Shown: positions 37,030 to 49,420 of the stretch, piece by piece
How the letters are laid out: each line of letters begins with the position of its first letter
How positions within the stretch are numbered: position 1 is the stretch's first letter
NCBI GenBank assembly: GCA_028534125.1
Contig: CM052816.1
Span: 9,178,001-9,242,000, forward strand
Direction: 5' to 3'
DNA from: Lama glama
Lineage: Eukaryota
Length of the DNA: 64,000 nt
Program-made: the position numbers and the translations under genes
The notes under the pieces: generated by a model
What the model was told of the DNA's origin: nothing
Databases searched by the model: none
The model's input: only the letters and a program-made list of their open reading frames with translations

Positions 37030-39620
37030 ACTAGCAAAAATGGGTATTGTTCTTACTATGTGTTAGATACTGTTCTGAGTTCCAAATAGTAGCTTATTTA
37101 GTCTTTATAATGACAATAGAAAATAAGTAGTATTATCCAACTTTTATAGAAGCAAAAAAGACATTCAGTAAATGCTAAGACTGCATGAGTTCACATACCA
37201 GGTGAGAGGCAGGGCAGGAATTTAAGGTAGTCTGGCTCTGGATGCCGTGGGCTTAGTCACTATACTGTGCTCTCTCTCTAGAAGAAAGGAAATGGTTTGC
37301 TCTGTGTCATGTGACAAGTCATCTCACAGCATCAGGTGCAGCCCTTAGCCTGGGGCAGGTACTGGAACAGACTGTATATCCGTCCATCCTCACTAGACAG
37401 CGCTCCACCCTTCTCCATCTTCATCACCCTTGAGCTCGTTTCATCACCCTTGAGCTCGTCACAGCCTGGATCTTAGTGGGCACTCAGTCCTAGGACTGGA
37501 TTCCGAGCCCCTTCGCTGCTCTTTCTTCCCCTCCCCCAGCTGCAGACATCAGACCACTGGCAGCCCAGGTAAGTGCTGGAGGAGGGTGTAGCAGAGCCGA
37601 TACTTGTATTCTACTGAGGGACATGGCACGGTGGCCATGGGCACTGGCTTTGAAGTCGGGCAGAGTTATGTACAGTTATGGCTCTGAAACTTCTAGCTGT
37701 GTTACCATCGGAAGGTCCTTTCCCCTCTCTGAGCCTCAGTGTCCTTTCTGTAAAGTGGAGTAACCTATCCAATGAGGTTGTTTTGAGTATTAAAATGATA
37801 GGGGTATAAAATACTTAACAAGATACCTGGTACCAAGTAACCAGCCAGTTAATGGCAGATACTAGTATTAGTAAAGTTGCTTTTTAATTCTTCCTGTCAC
37901 TGTGTTTGAAGCTGTCTGTGGGCTAACATGTCTGGGGAACCTGCTGTTCTCTAATGAGGTGGGCCTGAGTCTTGGGATTAAGGGAGGGGGCTCACTGTGA
38001 AAGGTGATGATGTAGAAGTTGGGAGAGCAGGATGCTAGCCGAGTGTTATGGTCTCAGGGCCTCTCTTTCTCTCTTGGGGCTTCTGCTTCCCCATCTGTCA
38101 AATGGGTGTTTTGGCTGAGATGACCCCTAAGGGTGTTTCCTAGCTTGACAAGCCACACTGCAAGACACACAGGCCTGAATTCTCTCCAGGACTCTGCACA
38201 GCTCAGGAGCAGTTACCATCCCTGAGAGCCCTGATTCAGTTTTCTCCAAAATTGGCCAAGGCTGCCCATGGTTTTTGGTCGCATCAGCCACCAGCATGAC
38301 CCGTGCCCAGTGCCTGGCACGAGGTGCATTGATCAACAATTCTGAGAAGAATGAATGAATGAACTCCATTGAGTGAGTTCACTCCCTGTGATCCCCGAAG
38401 GTTGGGCAGGTTTGATTTCTTGTAGTATAAATATTTAGAATATGACCATGATTATGATTTTTGGCAAGGGTGACTCACTTACTCATGGTCGCGGCCTTCA
38501 ACCATACTGAACTGTGAGCCAGCACCAGAATAAACTGCCCTCAACTGCCAGCCTCGGAACCAAAGGGAAACTGACTTTCCATTGACCCATGAGACAAGTC
38601 TGATTTTGCAAAAAAAAAAAAAAATTACAAACAATCCAATATTTAGCAAAACCTGTCCAATGAGATGCTTCCTTGCATTTTCTTCTAAAACCCTAAACTG
38701 GAACAAAATGAAACCCTAAATAATCCTGGTTTATAACATTGCACAGTATGTCAGTAATAATGACGTTAGCTAACATTTGCAGGGCAATAACTTTGTGCTA
38801 AGTGCATTATTTCTTTTAGTCCTCAAACCTATAAAGTAGGTACTATTTTGATTCCTATTTACAAGTGAGGAAGATTCGACAGCTAAGTAACTTTTGCCAA
38901 GGTCGCACAGCCATCCGAAGGCAAGGTGGACATTTGAACCCAGGTCCGCTGGATTCCTCAGCATCAATGACAGTATGTTGAATGAGCATGTGTTATGAGA
39001 CCGTCACCGGGATGAGCATGTTTCATGCATATGCTTAGTTAATCCCTGTCATAGTGCTGTCTGCAGTGTACCAGTACTAGCTCCATTTTAGGGATAAGGA
39101 AGCAGAGCTTTTGAGAGATTATGTAACCTATAATCTATGTGTGGTGGAGGCCAAGCTATCCCTGTGCAATGGGAGAGCTCAGAAAACTCTCAAGGGCAAC
39201 AAAGGGGGAGAGATGTTACCAAGATCACGCTGTGAATTGATGGCTGAACTGGGTCAGGGTTTCATTGAAGACTTTTTCCATTCACTGCTGGAAGGGCGTT
39301 GCTGCAATAACCGTGGGAGGGGAACTCTCATGCGGTGGATCCACCATGTCCCTTGCTCTAGAGACAGGAAAGTGAGCTTAGTGGATTAGAGCATATTCTT
39401 TGAAGTCAAGCAGACCTGTGTTCCAATCACATCTCCCAAACGAACTTGCTGGGTGACTTTGAGAAAGACCCTTCCTCTTTCTCAGCCTCTGTTTCCTCTT
39501 CTGCAAAATAGAACAATAATTAGGCCTGCCTCCTGGGGTTACTGGAGGAGTAAATGAGAGAATGCACGGAAAGTGTCTGGCACCATGACCGCCACACAGT
39601 TAACGTGGAGTAGCTGTTCT
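37030..39620. mobile_element. MIR-rich stretch (about 37030-37270 -, 37620-37860 +, 38760-38960 -, 39380-39620 +) plus L2 tail at about 38250-38362
   Basis: Repeated MIR core words, e.g. ctctgagcctcagtgtcctttctgtaaagtgg and ttgccaaggtcgcacagc..atttgaacccaggtc. Confidence 0.7.
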
Positions 39621-39765
39621 TATTGTCACTGAAATGATCCATGAGCTGAGAGAGGTTTGAGAACCATTGTTCCACCCAGAGAAGCCCTGAAATCTGCTTC
39701 ACAATGATGATTTATTGTGATGGAATGTGGCCCAGAGGCTGAAGGATGTCTGACTCGATAAGAGA

Positions 39766-40037
39766 CACACATGCAGTTGGGGCACACACACACACGTGCG
39801 TGCGCGCATGCACCTGCACAGCTGCATACCTGGACACACATACCCTCCTGGCACATATGTGCACACACCTGTGCACGCATGTATATGCACACATGTACAC
39901 ACATTATACATGGCATATGTGTGCTCACACATGCATGTGCAGACACACACACTCACTACACCTATGGCTGTACGTGCTCACACATGTTTTCATGTACCCA
40001 CACATGTACACACACACACATTGCATATACACACACA
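39766..40037. repeat. Degenerate (CA/TG)n purine-pyrimidine low-complexity tract, about 270 bp
   Basis: cacacacacacgtgcgtgcgcgcatgcac...gcacacatgtacacacattatacatgg...; it explains the overlapping His/Thr/Cys/Val-rich ORFs. Confidence 0.9.
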
Positions 40038-40829
40038 TTCTCCCCATCTTTGCCTAGTTAACACCTACTCCTTCAGCTCTTAACCCAAAGCTCACAGCCT
40101 GGGGCAGCCTCCCTGATCTTTTGGGTGAGGCTGGGATGCTCAGGCCATGCTCTCCTGGTGCCATGCATTTTTCCTCTTCAGTTTACATCTTAATAGTCAT
40201 TGAACAATTGATTGTGTAATAAGTTGCTCAATTCTGGATTTCTTGCTAGAATGGTAGCTCTGCAGAGGGCAGGGCAAAACCCGACTAGACTCCACTGATG
40301 GAAGTCTCCTAATATAGCCTGGCACACAGTAGGCCTTTGACAGATGTGTGCCATTGATTGAACAGAACCACCAGGGTCCCTTTTGCCCCTCAAGCTGGGG
40401 AATAGCTGATTCATCATAGGTCACCTTGTGCAGATTTTTGGCCTTGGCCTACAGTGGTTTGTGGTCTCGCCCACTCAGAGAGATCCAAGCCTCAGAATGC
40501 TGTGGAAACTGGTAAGGAAGAAAACTCAACTTTCAAACGCGTTCCTAGTCACCAAGAAAACAAGTGTCAGTGGTATGGATAGAAAAAAGTTAAGAAGTCT
40601 GAAAGGCAGACAGCTCCTTATTGCTTTTTGCTCTGCTGGGAGGTGAGAGGACACCAGCAGCTGCCACACACAATAAGGCTGATGAATCACTGTCTAGGCT
40701 GGCACAGAAATGTTTTCTTTCTCTCAGGCCAGATGATAGCAGGAGGCAGGCCCCCTTAGATATAAAGAGAGCAGAGAAGGACAGACTGATGGAAGTAAGA
40801 AACGCAGTGCTCATTTTCCTTCCTTTATT

Positions 40830-41230
40830 TGTGAAAGGAATAGTTCTGAACACCTTCTAGGTGCCAGGCACTGTGCTAGCGGCTGGGGGTACTGGGGAGA
40901 ATGAAATACATGTAGCCTCTGACCTCTGGATGCTCAAGTCTGCTGGAGAGAGGAACAAGGAAACAGGCAATCAAAATGCAGTGTGATCCATGCTCTGAGG
41001 GGGAAGTTCAGAAGATGAGCTCCTGGGGAGAACAGGGATGGGTTCTGGGGAGAAGGATTTCTGAGCTAAGACCTGGAGAGTGAGCAGCAGCTGGCCAGGC
41101 TAAAAGGCGAAAGAGTGGTGTGAGGGGAGAGGAGTGTGTGGGCAGACCCCTAAGGGAAAGAGGGCACAGTACACCAAGAGACATGGCAGGGATTCAGTGT
41201 GGCAGGGGCTGGTGGGTCCTGGTGGGGTGG
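40830..41230 (-). mobile_element. L2 fragment
   Basis: ctgaacaccttctaggtgccaggcactgtgctagcggctggggg..ctgagctaagacctggag. Confidence 0.8.
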
Positions 41231-41481
41231 CATAGTTCATCTGTGACCTCTGAAGCCTCTGCCCCTAGGGTGGTGACAGATGGATCCTGGGGTTGAAGTA
41301 CTCATAGGCTAAGAGAGGACCATTCTGGGAGAGGTGGAGTCCATCAAAGGAGCTTTGTCTGAGACTGGAGGGTTGGGAGCCGTGGAGTGTGGGCAGTGGC
41401 CGGCACATCTCAGTTCCTGTAGCCCTGAGGATACAGGATACGGGATACGGGGGGAAACTCGTTTTTTCAAATATCACAAAA

Positions 41482-41515
41482 TGTAGTGACAAGTCCCAGT
41501 CACTAGAGGGCGATG
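41482..41515 (+). promoter_or_regulatory. Candidate CTCF site (core 41497-41515 plus upstream module 41482-41490)
   Basis: CAGTCACTAGAGGGCGATG versus consensus TGGCCACYAGRGGGCGCTR; TGTAGTGAC lies 6 bp upstream and resembles the TGCAGTACC upstream motif. Confidence 0.65.
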
Positions 41516-41839
41516 TGAAACCATAAAGCTGGGTGGCCTCAGAGACCCTGGCCCCTTTTTGAGTTAGTGTAATGTTCAGTCACTTTGTATTCTATCCGTA
41601 CCGTACCCTAGACTCATTAAATACGATTTAAAATATATAGAGACCATTAATGAGTTGGAAGGTTCGCCAGAGCCTGTTTGGTCCAAACCTAGACACTGAG
41701 GCCTGAGGGAGAATTAGGTCCCCCTGCCTTCACTGGCCCCATGGCACAGACTTGTTCCTGGCTGTGGGCAAACCCTTCTCTTTTTCAATACTTCTATTTT
41801 CTATTATGTAGGAGAGACAGACCACTGTAACGCCTGTCT

Positions 41840-42130
41840 GTCCATCAGCCAATAAATATTTATTGACTTTCTACTATGTGCTGGGTGCTGTGTTAGGTGC
41901 TAGGAACTCTGGCGTACAAAACAGGTCCCTGCCTTGCAGACTCCACTGCCTCGTTGGGAAGAGGAACACCAGGAACTCATGTGTCATTACCAGCTGTGAT
42001 CAGTGTGGAGACAGCCAGAGCCTGGAGACGGGACCTAGCAGGGGCCCCTGATTCTCTCTTGGGCTCGTTCTTGGAGGAAGGGCCATTGAGCAGAATCCTG
42101 GAGGCTGCACAGCCGCTTGCCGGCAGAGGG
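41840..42130 (-). mobile_element. L2 3' end
   Basis: caataaatatttattgactttctactatgtgctgggtgctgtgttaggtgctagg..aggtccctgcc. Confidence 0.8.
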
Positions 42131-44295
42131 GTCAGAAGACCAGACCGGCCCACAAGCCCGTCTGGGCTGCCAGGTGTTGCTGGACAAGCCCTTTTCTCTC
42201 TCTCTGTCTTCTGTTCTCTCGTCTATATAATGAAAGAAGCATTTCAAGCCTGAGCCTTTGATTGGAAGGGGCTTGTCCCTTAGATATTGGGGTGCTCATG
42301 TCGGGGGTTCTCAGTCCAGCAGCCTGGAGGCCAACTCTTAGGTGAAAGGGGGTGTCTGATTGGTGGCCTCCCACTGGGCAGTGGGCCAGGGGCTGAACCT
42401 CCAAGCTTTACAAGCTCTGGGGAAGCTTTGTTCAGGCACAGGAAGACTGCCACCTGCAGATGCAGCACAGGGCCTGCCGCTGTGGCTCAGACTGCCTGCT
42501 TTTGATCGCCCGAGGAGCTGGCAACCTGTGCAGATAACTGGGCCTCAACCCTAGAGATAGTGATAAGGTAGATGTGGAGGAAGGCCGCAGCTCTGCGTGT
42601 TAATGAGCCCACCAGGTGATTCTGCTGCACATTAAGGCCTGGGAATTCATTACCCTGGATCTTTCCCTAGAAAGGATGAGAGGCTTCCAGTTGACTTTGA
42701 TTTGTTCTATTATGTGTATTCCAGAAAATTTGTGGCTGAACTGAAATTTTGTAATCCGAATTATATGCTCGATGCCCATAGGGGATCTCACTTTAGAGTC
42801 AACCTTTTGTGATGTGAACTTTCACTCCACTAGAGTTCTTTCATGGGTGTTAATTTCTATAAATGAGGGTCACCCCTATTTATGCTTTACAGACTGACTA
42901 ATTAATTAAGTAAAAATACCTAGAATGTAGTTTTGTGGAAGATAGACAGTCTTAACTTCCAGAAGGTGGGGAGATGGGGAAGATTTGTGGCAGAAGGCAC
43001 AAAGAATTAAATTTCAAAGCCTGGAGTTAAGCTCCTCCAAGTTAAAATACTTATTATTGTCAAATTTATAATCACTGCCCACCTGAGACAGGTGAGCCCT
43101 GCTTAGTGTCCCCTGAATGCAGCTAAGAACCTAATGCCCTTGAATTTGCTGTTACTAAGGAGGCACAGTCCCATGGCTCCTGCCTGCTCTTGGGTCAGGG
43201 AAGGTTCTGATCCCCCTTATTCTGGGCAGAGAAGGGGCTTAGGCTGAAACATCTTGCATCCTGCAAATCTCTTGACTTTTGACAAGGAATATTTCAATTG
43301 GAACAGGCAGAACCCTTATCTTCTTGACCTGTTGCTTCAGTCCCTTGTCCATCATTTTTTCTGGAATTTGCGGGGCAGTTGCAGCAGGTGGCGAGGCTGG
43401 CCTAGAGCAGAGCTGAGGGCCATGGTCCTCAGAGCTATGGCCACCCTTATGTGACTGCCTCATCTGAGAGCCTGTGAGCAGAGAGGACTAATAATGGAGG
43501 TGTGACCCAGCCAACTTTTGCCTGTCCCAGGATGGCCAGAGATCTCTGAGGAAGAGATAGGGAGGGGATGAGGGCCAAGACAATGTAAAGGAGCAGAAAG
43601 CTGGTAGGTCTTCTTATGCTGGTGGCTGCCCTAGGTCACCCTGAACCAACAGCCTGGTTGGATGAGAGATGACAATCAGTTGTATAGAGCCCAAAGACGT
43701 CCTATAATTTGCCTTGATGCAGAGGAAGGAGACGGCATCTGGAGGGGATGAGAAGACAAAATGAAAACAGCATTAGTGGAAGCCAGGACCCATGCAAGGG
43801 AAGGGAAAAGAGGTTGTTTCAAATATGGGAGAGAGGCATTGCTTTTACTCATGATTCTTCACATGGGTTTGTTGATGGGTACACTTCTTGCATACTTGAT
43901 GTGTCTGCGAGTATTGTCCACTGTCTCTCGTTGGATCCCTCACCAGTGCAGTAAGACAGGCTGGTCATTTCCAGATCACTAATGAGGAGACCAAGGCATG
44001 GCCAGGAGAATGCTTGGGTCTCTGCACTCTTTGTCCAGTGCCGTTCTGTTAGTAGTTTTCCAAATTTAGTTTTGCTCCAATGACACTTAATGCAGGGAGC
44101 AATTGTATAATAAAGATGAGGCTGACCAACTCTCTCAGATGCTCTGTCCTCAAGTTCCCACCGTAGAACTCCATTTAGAAGCCACCAGATTCGCTGGTGC
44201 TTAGTGGCATAGGTTGCCCAGTGCCACTGTCATTCCTTGGCAGGGGCGGGTCACTGGCTTCCTGACACTTGATGAAGACCATGTATTTTATTTTT

Positions 44296-44468
44296 GTTGC
44301 TTTTTAAAAAATTTATATTTTTACTATGGAAGCATAGTCAGTTTACGATTTTATGTTAATTTCTGGTACACAGCATAGAGATTCAGTTATATATATATTC
44401 CTTTTCACGTTCTTATTCATTATCGGCTGTTACAAGGTATTGAATATAGTTCCTTGTGCTCTACAGTA
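44296..44468 (-). mobile_element. Short 5'-truncated L1 3' terminus
   Basis: gaagcatagtcagtttacgatttt..tttctggtacacagcatag.gattcagttata..ttacaaggtattgaatatagttcc; same family as 48590 and 56466. Confidence 0.8.
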
Positions 44469-44699
44469 AGACTGCCTACTTTAATATGGTGATGCTTGCA
44501 GAAAGGATGGAAAAGGGAAAGATAGGAAGTGGGATAACTCAGAAGGAAGTTGACAGTTTCAAAAGAGATAAGATACATGGTACAATGTCTTATCAGAGGT
44601 CACATTCAGTTGGTCATAAGATAAGCAACAGAACCTGTGGAGGGGAGTGGAGGGTCAGCTAGGGACCTGGAGGAGGGGTGACCGCAGTTCAAGAACCCT

Positions 44700-46670
44700 G
44701 CCACTGGTGATGAGAGCTTGGGTCCTGGGGTCAGACAGATTCAAGTTCAAGTTCTTGCTCTGCCGCTTTCTAGTTGTGTCCTTGGACCAGACCACACATG
44801 TAATCTTCTTGACCGTTAATATCTTCATCTGTAAAATGGGAATAATAATGGTTGTGAAGATTAGATGAAATCATGCTTAAAAAGCACTTGGCACAATGGT
44901 AACCACAAGTAAGCATCACGTGTGGTCATTACAGTTGTATCAAATAATGTGAGTGGACTGAATTATTTTGAACAATGTAGATTATATTGAATCTCTTTGT
45001 AAACATGCTCTTCTCTCCTCCAGTTGACAGATTCTTCCCTTGATTTCAACTCTCCTGGGCTACCGTCTTAAGTCTCTTCTGCCTTTCTTGCCTGAATTAT
45101 TTTCAGCTTTCCTTTTGAGATTCCATTCACCAAAGGAAAAATTAACCTCATTCTGCAGATAAAGAAAGTGAGTCTTGGAGATGTTCTGTTAAGTAAGGTG
45201 ATCAAGCTGACACGTGTAGCATTGTGCTCAACAGCCAATACGCTAGCCACTGCCTTTTAGCAGGGAAGACAGACCTCTGTGAAGGACAGAGAAGCACAAG
45301 AAATGCCTCAATAGGGACGTGCAGAGGGAACTAGCTTAGCGTAGGGGATCAGGAAAGCTTCCCTGGGAGTTAGCAGTGCTGCAAGGGATCAAGATTTATC
45401 ACTGGTGAAAAGTCAGAGCTGGAGGCCAGAGATTCAGAAAAGTAGTGTGAGGAGCACTGTCAGGGATCTGGCATGTGAGAATTTTTAAAAATCTTAAAAA
45501 CTATGTATTCATTATGAATTATTAATGCAAGAGGCTCTGTTTTTACATTTATGACATGATAAGAGAATTTCCTTTTTAAATATATGAATACATGTATATA
45601 AACAGTAACTGTGGGGCATATATATGGCAAAAATCATGACCCTAGAAGTCTAAGTTCCGAAGTCTTGAAACTGATTTTGTACTGCCGTTTTTTTTTTAAT
45701 GAAAGAGAAAACTGAGACTCAGAGATACTAAATGACTTGCTTAATGTCACAAAGTGAGTTGGTGACCAAGATTAGTCTTATGAAAATCTATTTCATTTCC
45801 CCAAATCATAAGATAACGGGAAAAGCGATAATCAAGTTTGAGTTCCGAGAGACATTTGACAAATGATTCTCAGTTCTGCTGGCAGCGTGACTTTCTGATT
45901 AGAATCTTGCTGATGTTTCCCTGTTTTTTTTTTTCCCCCAAATTAATTTCTCTTTTCAGTCTTCTCTGTCTCCCAGATCCTCTGCTGTGATTAGAGGTCC
46001 TCAGCTTTAGAAGGAGGATTTGTGACTGAGTCACTTTGGTCTCCTGGCCCTGGAATCATGAGGTTAAGTTCTGACTGACAGCTTGACCTTACCTGGAGGT
46101 GGGGAGGGGCAGACACTGGATTTCAAGTCTGGATGGGGCAGTAGCCAAACTCAGCCTCTACCTCGGTGTGTGGCTGTGAGTTTAAACCCCTTCCTGCTTG
46201 GGCTGCCGACTTCATGGAGCTGTTAGGAAGAGAACATGAGACCCAGCATCAAAGCTGAAATAGCTGCCACTGAAGGGGCACTAGGACCAGATTTGCACCC
46301 GCCCTGTGAGCAGTGACAGGGCATGTGAGCAATGACCATCAACCATCCTGGCCGGCTGACTCCAGAGCACTGCCCAGGGCTGACCCCACTCTGATGTGGA
46401 GTCCAGAAATGGCTTACAGTTACTCAATAGCCTGATTGCTCTTTCTGAGAGGGAAAACCTACTGCTTGTAAAACAATGTCACATACACAATTTCATGTTG
46501 ATTTTTGCAGTCACCCTCAGAGTAGTTATTATCACTACTGTTTTGGTAAGGAGGAAACTAAAGCCAGGACCTGTGAGATCTGCCCCAGGGGGCCAGGCTG
46601 GTGAGTGGTGACCTTGGGTCCAGCCCACGGGATTTCTGGCTGCCAGACAGGGGCTCTTTCCTCAGCACCT
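44700..46670. mobile_element. Cluster of MIR/L2 fragments (e.g. MIR + 44700-44930; MIR - 45130-45240, 45690-45780, 46460-46670) and a hAT remnant at about 45470-45640
   Basis: cttcatctgtaaaatgggaataataatggttgtgaagattagatga; gaaaactgagactcagaga..aaatgacttgc. Confidence 0.6.
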
Positions 46671-47030
46671 CCACTGCCACCGCCCATTCCACACTGAGCT
46701 AGGGGGGTGGCAAAGGGAGGACCTGACCCTCAGTGGACTTGCCCATTCGTTTCTGTGGTTGTCATCAAGTGTTATACGGTCCTTATTTTATGGATGGGAA
46801 ACAGACCTGGAGGGAGGAGGGAATGGGCAGAACTACCATGAATCTCTAATTAATTTCTAACCAAATTAGGAAAATCAGCTCTTTTCACAGAAGTGGAGAT
46901 GACTGTAACAGTTGTAGGCTGTATTCATTAGGAGCTAGATTTCTAGAGGAATTTGGGCAGTTTGAATTCTTTGCCTCTAATATAAACCTCCCCAGCTTTC
47001 ATCTGCTCATCTGGTTATTGTCATTATTAA

Positions 47031-47504
47031 GTATCTCCAGGAGTCAGGCTTCTCCAAAGAAATAGAAGCAAGAGAAACAGTAGGATGTAATATATATATG
47101 ATGGGTATATCTATATCTATATCTATGTTTATTTCTCTATCTACTTACCTCCCTATCTATCTTAAGGAATTACCTCATGTGATTGTGAAGGTTGCCAATC
47201 GAAAATCTGCAGGGTAGGCCAACAGAAAGAAAACCCAGGGAAGAGTTGATGTTGCAGCTTGAGTCTGAAGGCCGACTGGAGGTAGAATTCTCTCTCCTTT
47301 GGGGGAGGACAGTTTTTTCTATTAAGTTCAAGTGATTAGTTGAGGCCCACCCACATTATGGAGGGTAATCTCCTTTAGTCAAAGTCAACTGATTTAAATG
47401 TTAATTTAATCTAAAAATGCCTTCACAGCAATATCCCAGATACATCTGACCAAATATCTGGACACTGTGATCTAGCCAAGTTGACAAGTAAAATTAACCA
47501 TCAA
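47031..47504 (-). mobile_element. ERVL solo LTR (MLT2B-like)
   Basis: ttctccaaagaaatagaa..aaggaatt..tgaggcccacccacattatggagggtaatct..ctagccaagttgaca..aaaattaaccatca. Confidence 0.9.
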
Positions 47505-47664
47505 GGTATATAAGCATATAGTACGTAGGATAACATGAGCTAACATTTACTGACCATTTATTATGAGCCAGGCAACATTATCTTGTTGAATAATTCCTCC
47601 TAGTGTTTATAGTACAATACCTTACATATAGGTAGAAATAAACAGTGGTTTTAAAATCAGAAGG

Positions 47665-47970
47665 CAATGTGGAGTAGAGGTTAAGAAGGAGGGTTTTGGC
47701 ACTGGGCAGACCTGAGTTCAGGTTATAATGCTGCCTGTATCTAACTTGGGAAAATTACATAATCTTTCCAAGTCTCTTTTTCCTCATCTGTAAAACAGAA
47801 TTAAAAATAGTACTCGATTCATCAACACAGCAGGGACTGGATACCACATTTATTGGCAAAATGAAGGTTGAAGGAACCTCCAGGGCTGTTATGAGAATTA
47901 AAGGAGGTACTTTATGTAAAGCCCCTCACACCATACCTGGCGCATGATGAGAACATGGTGAGTTTAGCTG
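47665..47970 (+). mobile_element. MIR SINE carrying a 62-bp foreign insert (47814-47875)
   Basis: ttcctcatctgtaaaa..aatagtac | insert | acctccagggctgttatgagaattaaa. Confidence 0.75.
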
Positions 47971-48589
47971 CCTTGTACGGTTATTTTTCCTCTTGATGCC
48001 TGCATGCAGAGTCATAGCTGGCAGCTGTTGGGATCCACCTAGTAGGACTTGATAAGGTGTGGCATCTGGGAAGATCTTGCTGCTAAAGACCAGGGCAGAA
48101 GAGAACAGAGATCTCCCTCTCCTGATTCAGAGGCTGGCTTCTCTGACTTCCTTGGGGAGACCAGTTCTCCACTGCTCCCAGAACTCCTTTCTCAGAGCTC
48201 TGGCTGTGATGGGGCTTGGCAGGGAGTGTTCTCCAGGTAATGTGGTCTGGGGCGGGGTGAGCTGCCCACGTCTGTGCCAGCATACCCTGCTTCTTGTTTG
48301 CAGCCCTGCCATCAACCCTGTCACACAAAGCTCGATCTGCTGCCTCTCCATGGTAAATAGCTGCCTTTTCCTCCTAAGGGCTATGACCCCCCTGCAGACA
48401 CACACTCTATCGACTAAGCTAATCATTCTCATTTATTCTAAGGCAAATTGCACCATTGGTACTTGGAGTTTAAGGACCTCAAGAATACCACAAACCAACA
48501 TTGTGTTAATTAGTCCATTCATCATTCAACAAAATATTGTGGCGCACTCAAGAATGGAATCCCAGCTCTGATACTTACCAACTGTGTGA

Positions 48590-48765
48590 TTTTTTTTTTA
48601 AATTGAAGTATAGTTGATTTACAATGTTGTGTTAATTTCTAGTGTGCAGTATAGTGATTTAGTTATACATATATATATATATTCCTTTTCATATTCTTTT
48701 TTCATTATAGTCTATTACAAGGTATTGAATATAATTCCCTGTGCTATGCAGTAGGACCTTGTTGT
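48590..48765 (-). mobile_element. Short L1 3' terminus inserted in a MIR; 15-bp TSD TTACCA(A/G)CTGTGTGA (48575-48589, 48766-48780)
   Basis: Poly(T) then aattgaagtatagttgatttacaatgttgtgttaatttct...ccctgtgctatgcagtaggaccttgttg; the host MIR (about 48555-48960, +) resumes after the TSD. Confidence 0.9.
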
Positions 48766-48979
48766 TTACCAGCTGTGTGAACTTAGTCAAATTTCTTAAG
48801 CTCTCTTGTGCCTCAGTTTCTTCATCTGTAAAATAGGGACAATATTGATGCCCACCCAAAAGGGTTATTAAGACATTTAAATGAATCAACATATGTGAAG
48901 CATGTAAATGTATGCCTGACACATAGTAAGTGCTCGATAAATAGTAGCTATTATTATTATTACTACTGCTACTTCTAAC

Positions 48980-49400
48980 TGTACGTTGTGCTAGCAACTC
49001 TACTGGGTGTTGGAGGACAGCAATGAACACAACACCCTGCCTTTGTGAAGTTTACATACTTGTGAGTAGGGAAGAAAAAGAATAAACAGATAAAGCAAAT
49101 AAACCCCCCATAGATATGATTACAGATTGTGACAAGTTTCCTAAAGGAAACCAACAGGATGCTTTGACAGAGACACATGGTGGACTGGGGGAACGACTTA
49201 CAGGGGCAGGTGATGGAAGGCATCCTGAGCTGCTAACATTTAGGCTGAATCCCGACAGGTGAGAAGGAGAGGGAAGAAAGGAACAGGGGGAGTAAGGAAC
49301 AGCAGCTACGAAATCCCTGAGGCAGAAAGAATTTGGCATGTTCCTGAGGATGGGAAAGTTCAAAATGACCAGAGTGGAAGGAAGGAGATAAGACCAGGGA
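48980..49400 (-). mobile_element. L2 fragment
   Basis: ggacagcaatgaacacaacaccctgcc..acagattgtgacaagt..aaatccctgaggcagaaagaatttggcatgttc. Confidence 0.75.
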
Positions 49401-49420
49401 TGCTGACAGAGCAGTCGCTC

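Noticed and set aside
39626..40083. Six overlapping ORFs rich in His/Thr/Cys/Val
   Set aside because: They are translations of the CA/TG low-complexity tract.
43239..43463. - strand ORF vaguely resembling a LINE endonuclease segment; weak CTCF-like GCAGCAGGTGGCG at about 43381
   Set aside because: The similarity is too weak to support, and the CTCF-like word mismatches a key core C.
48059..48571. 170-aa ORF
   Set aside because: Non-ATG start, no recognisable homology or convincing splice context, and it ends in repeat sequence.
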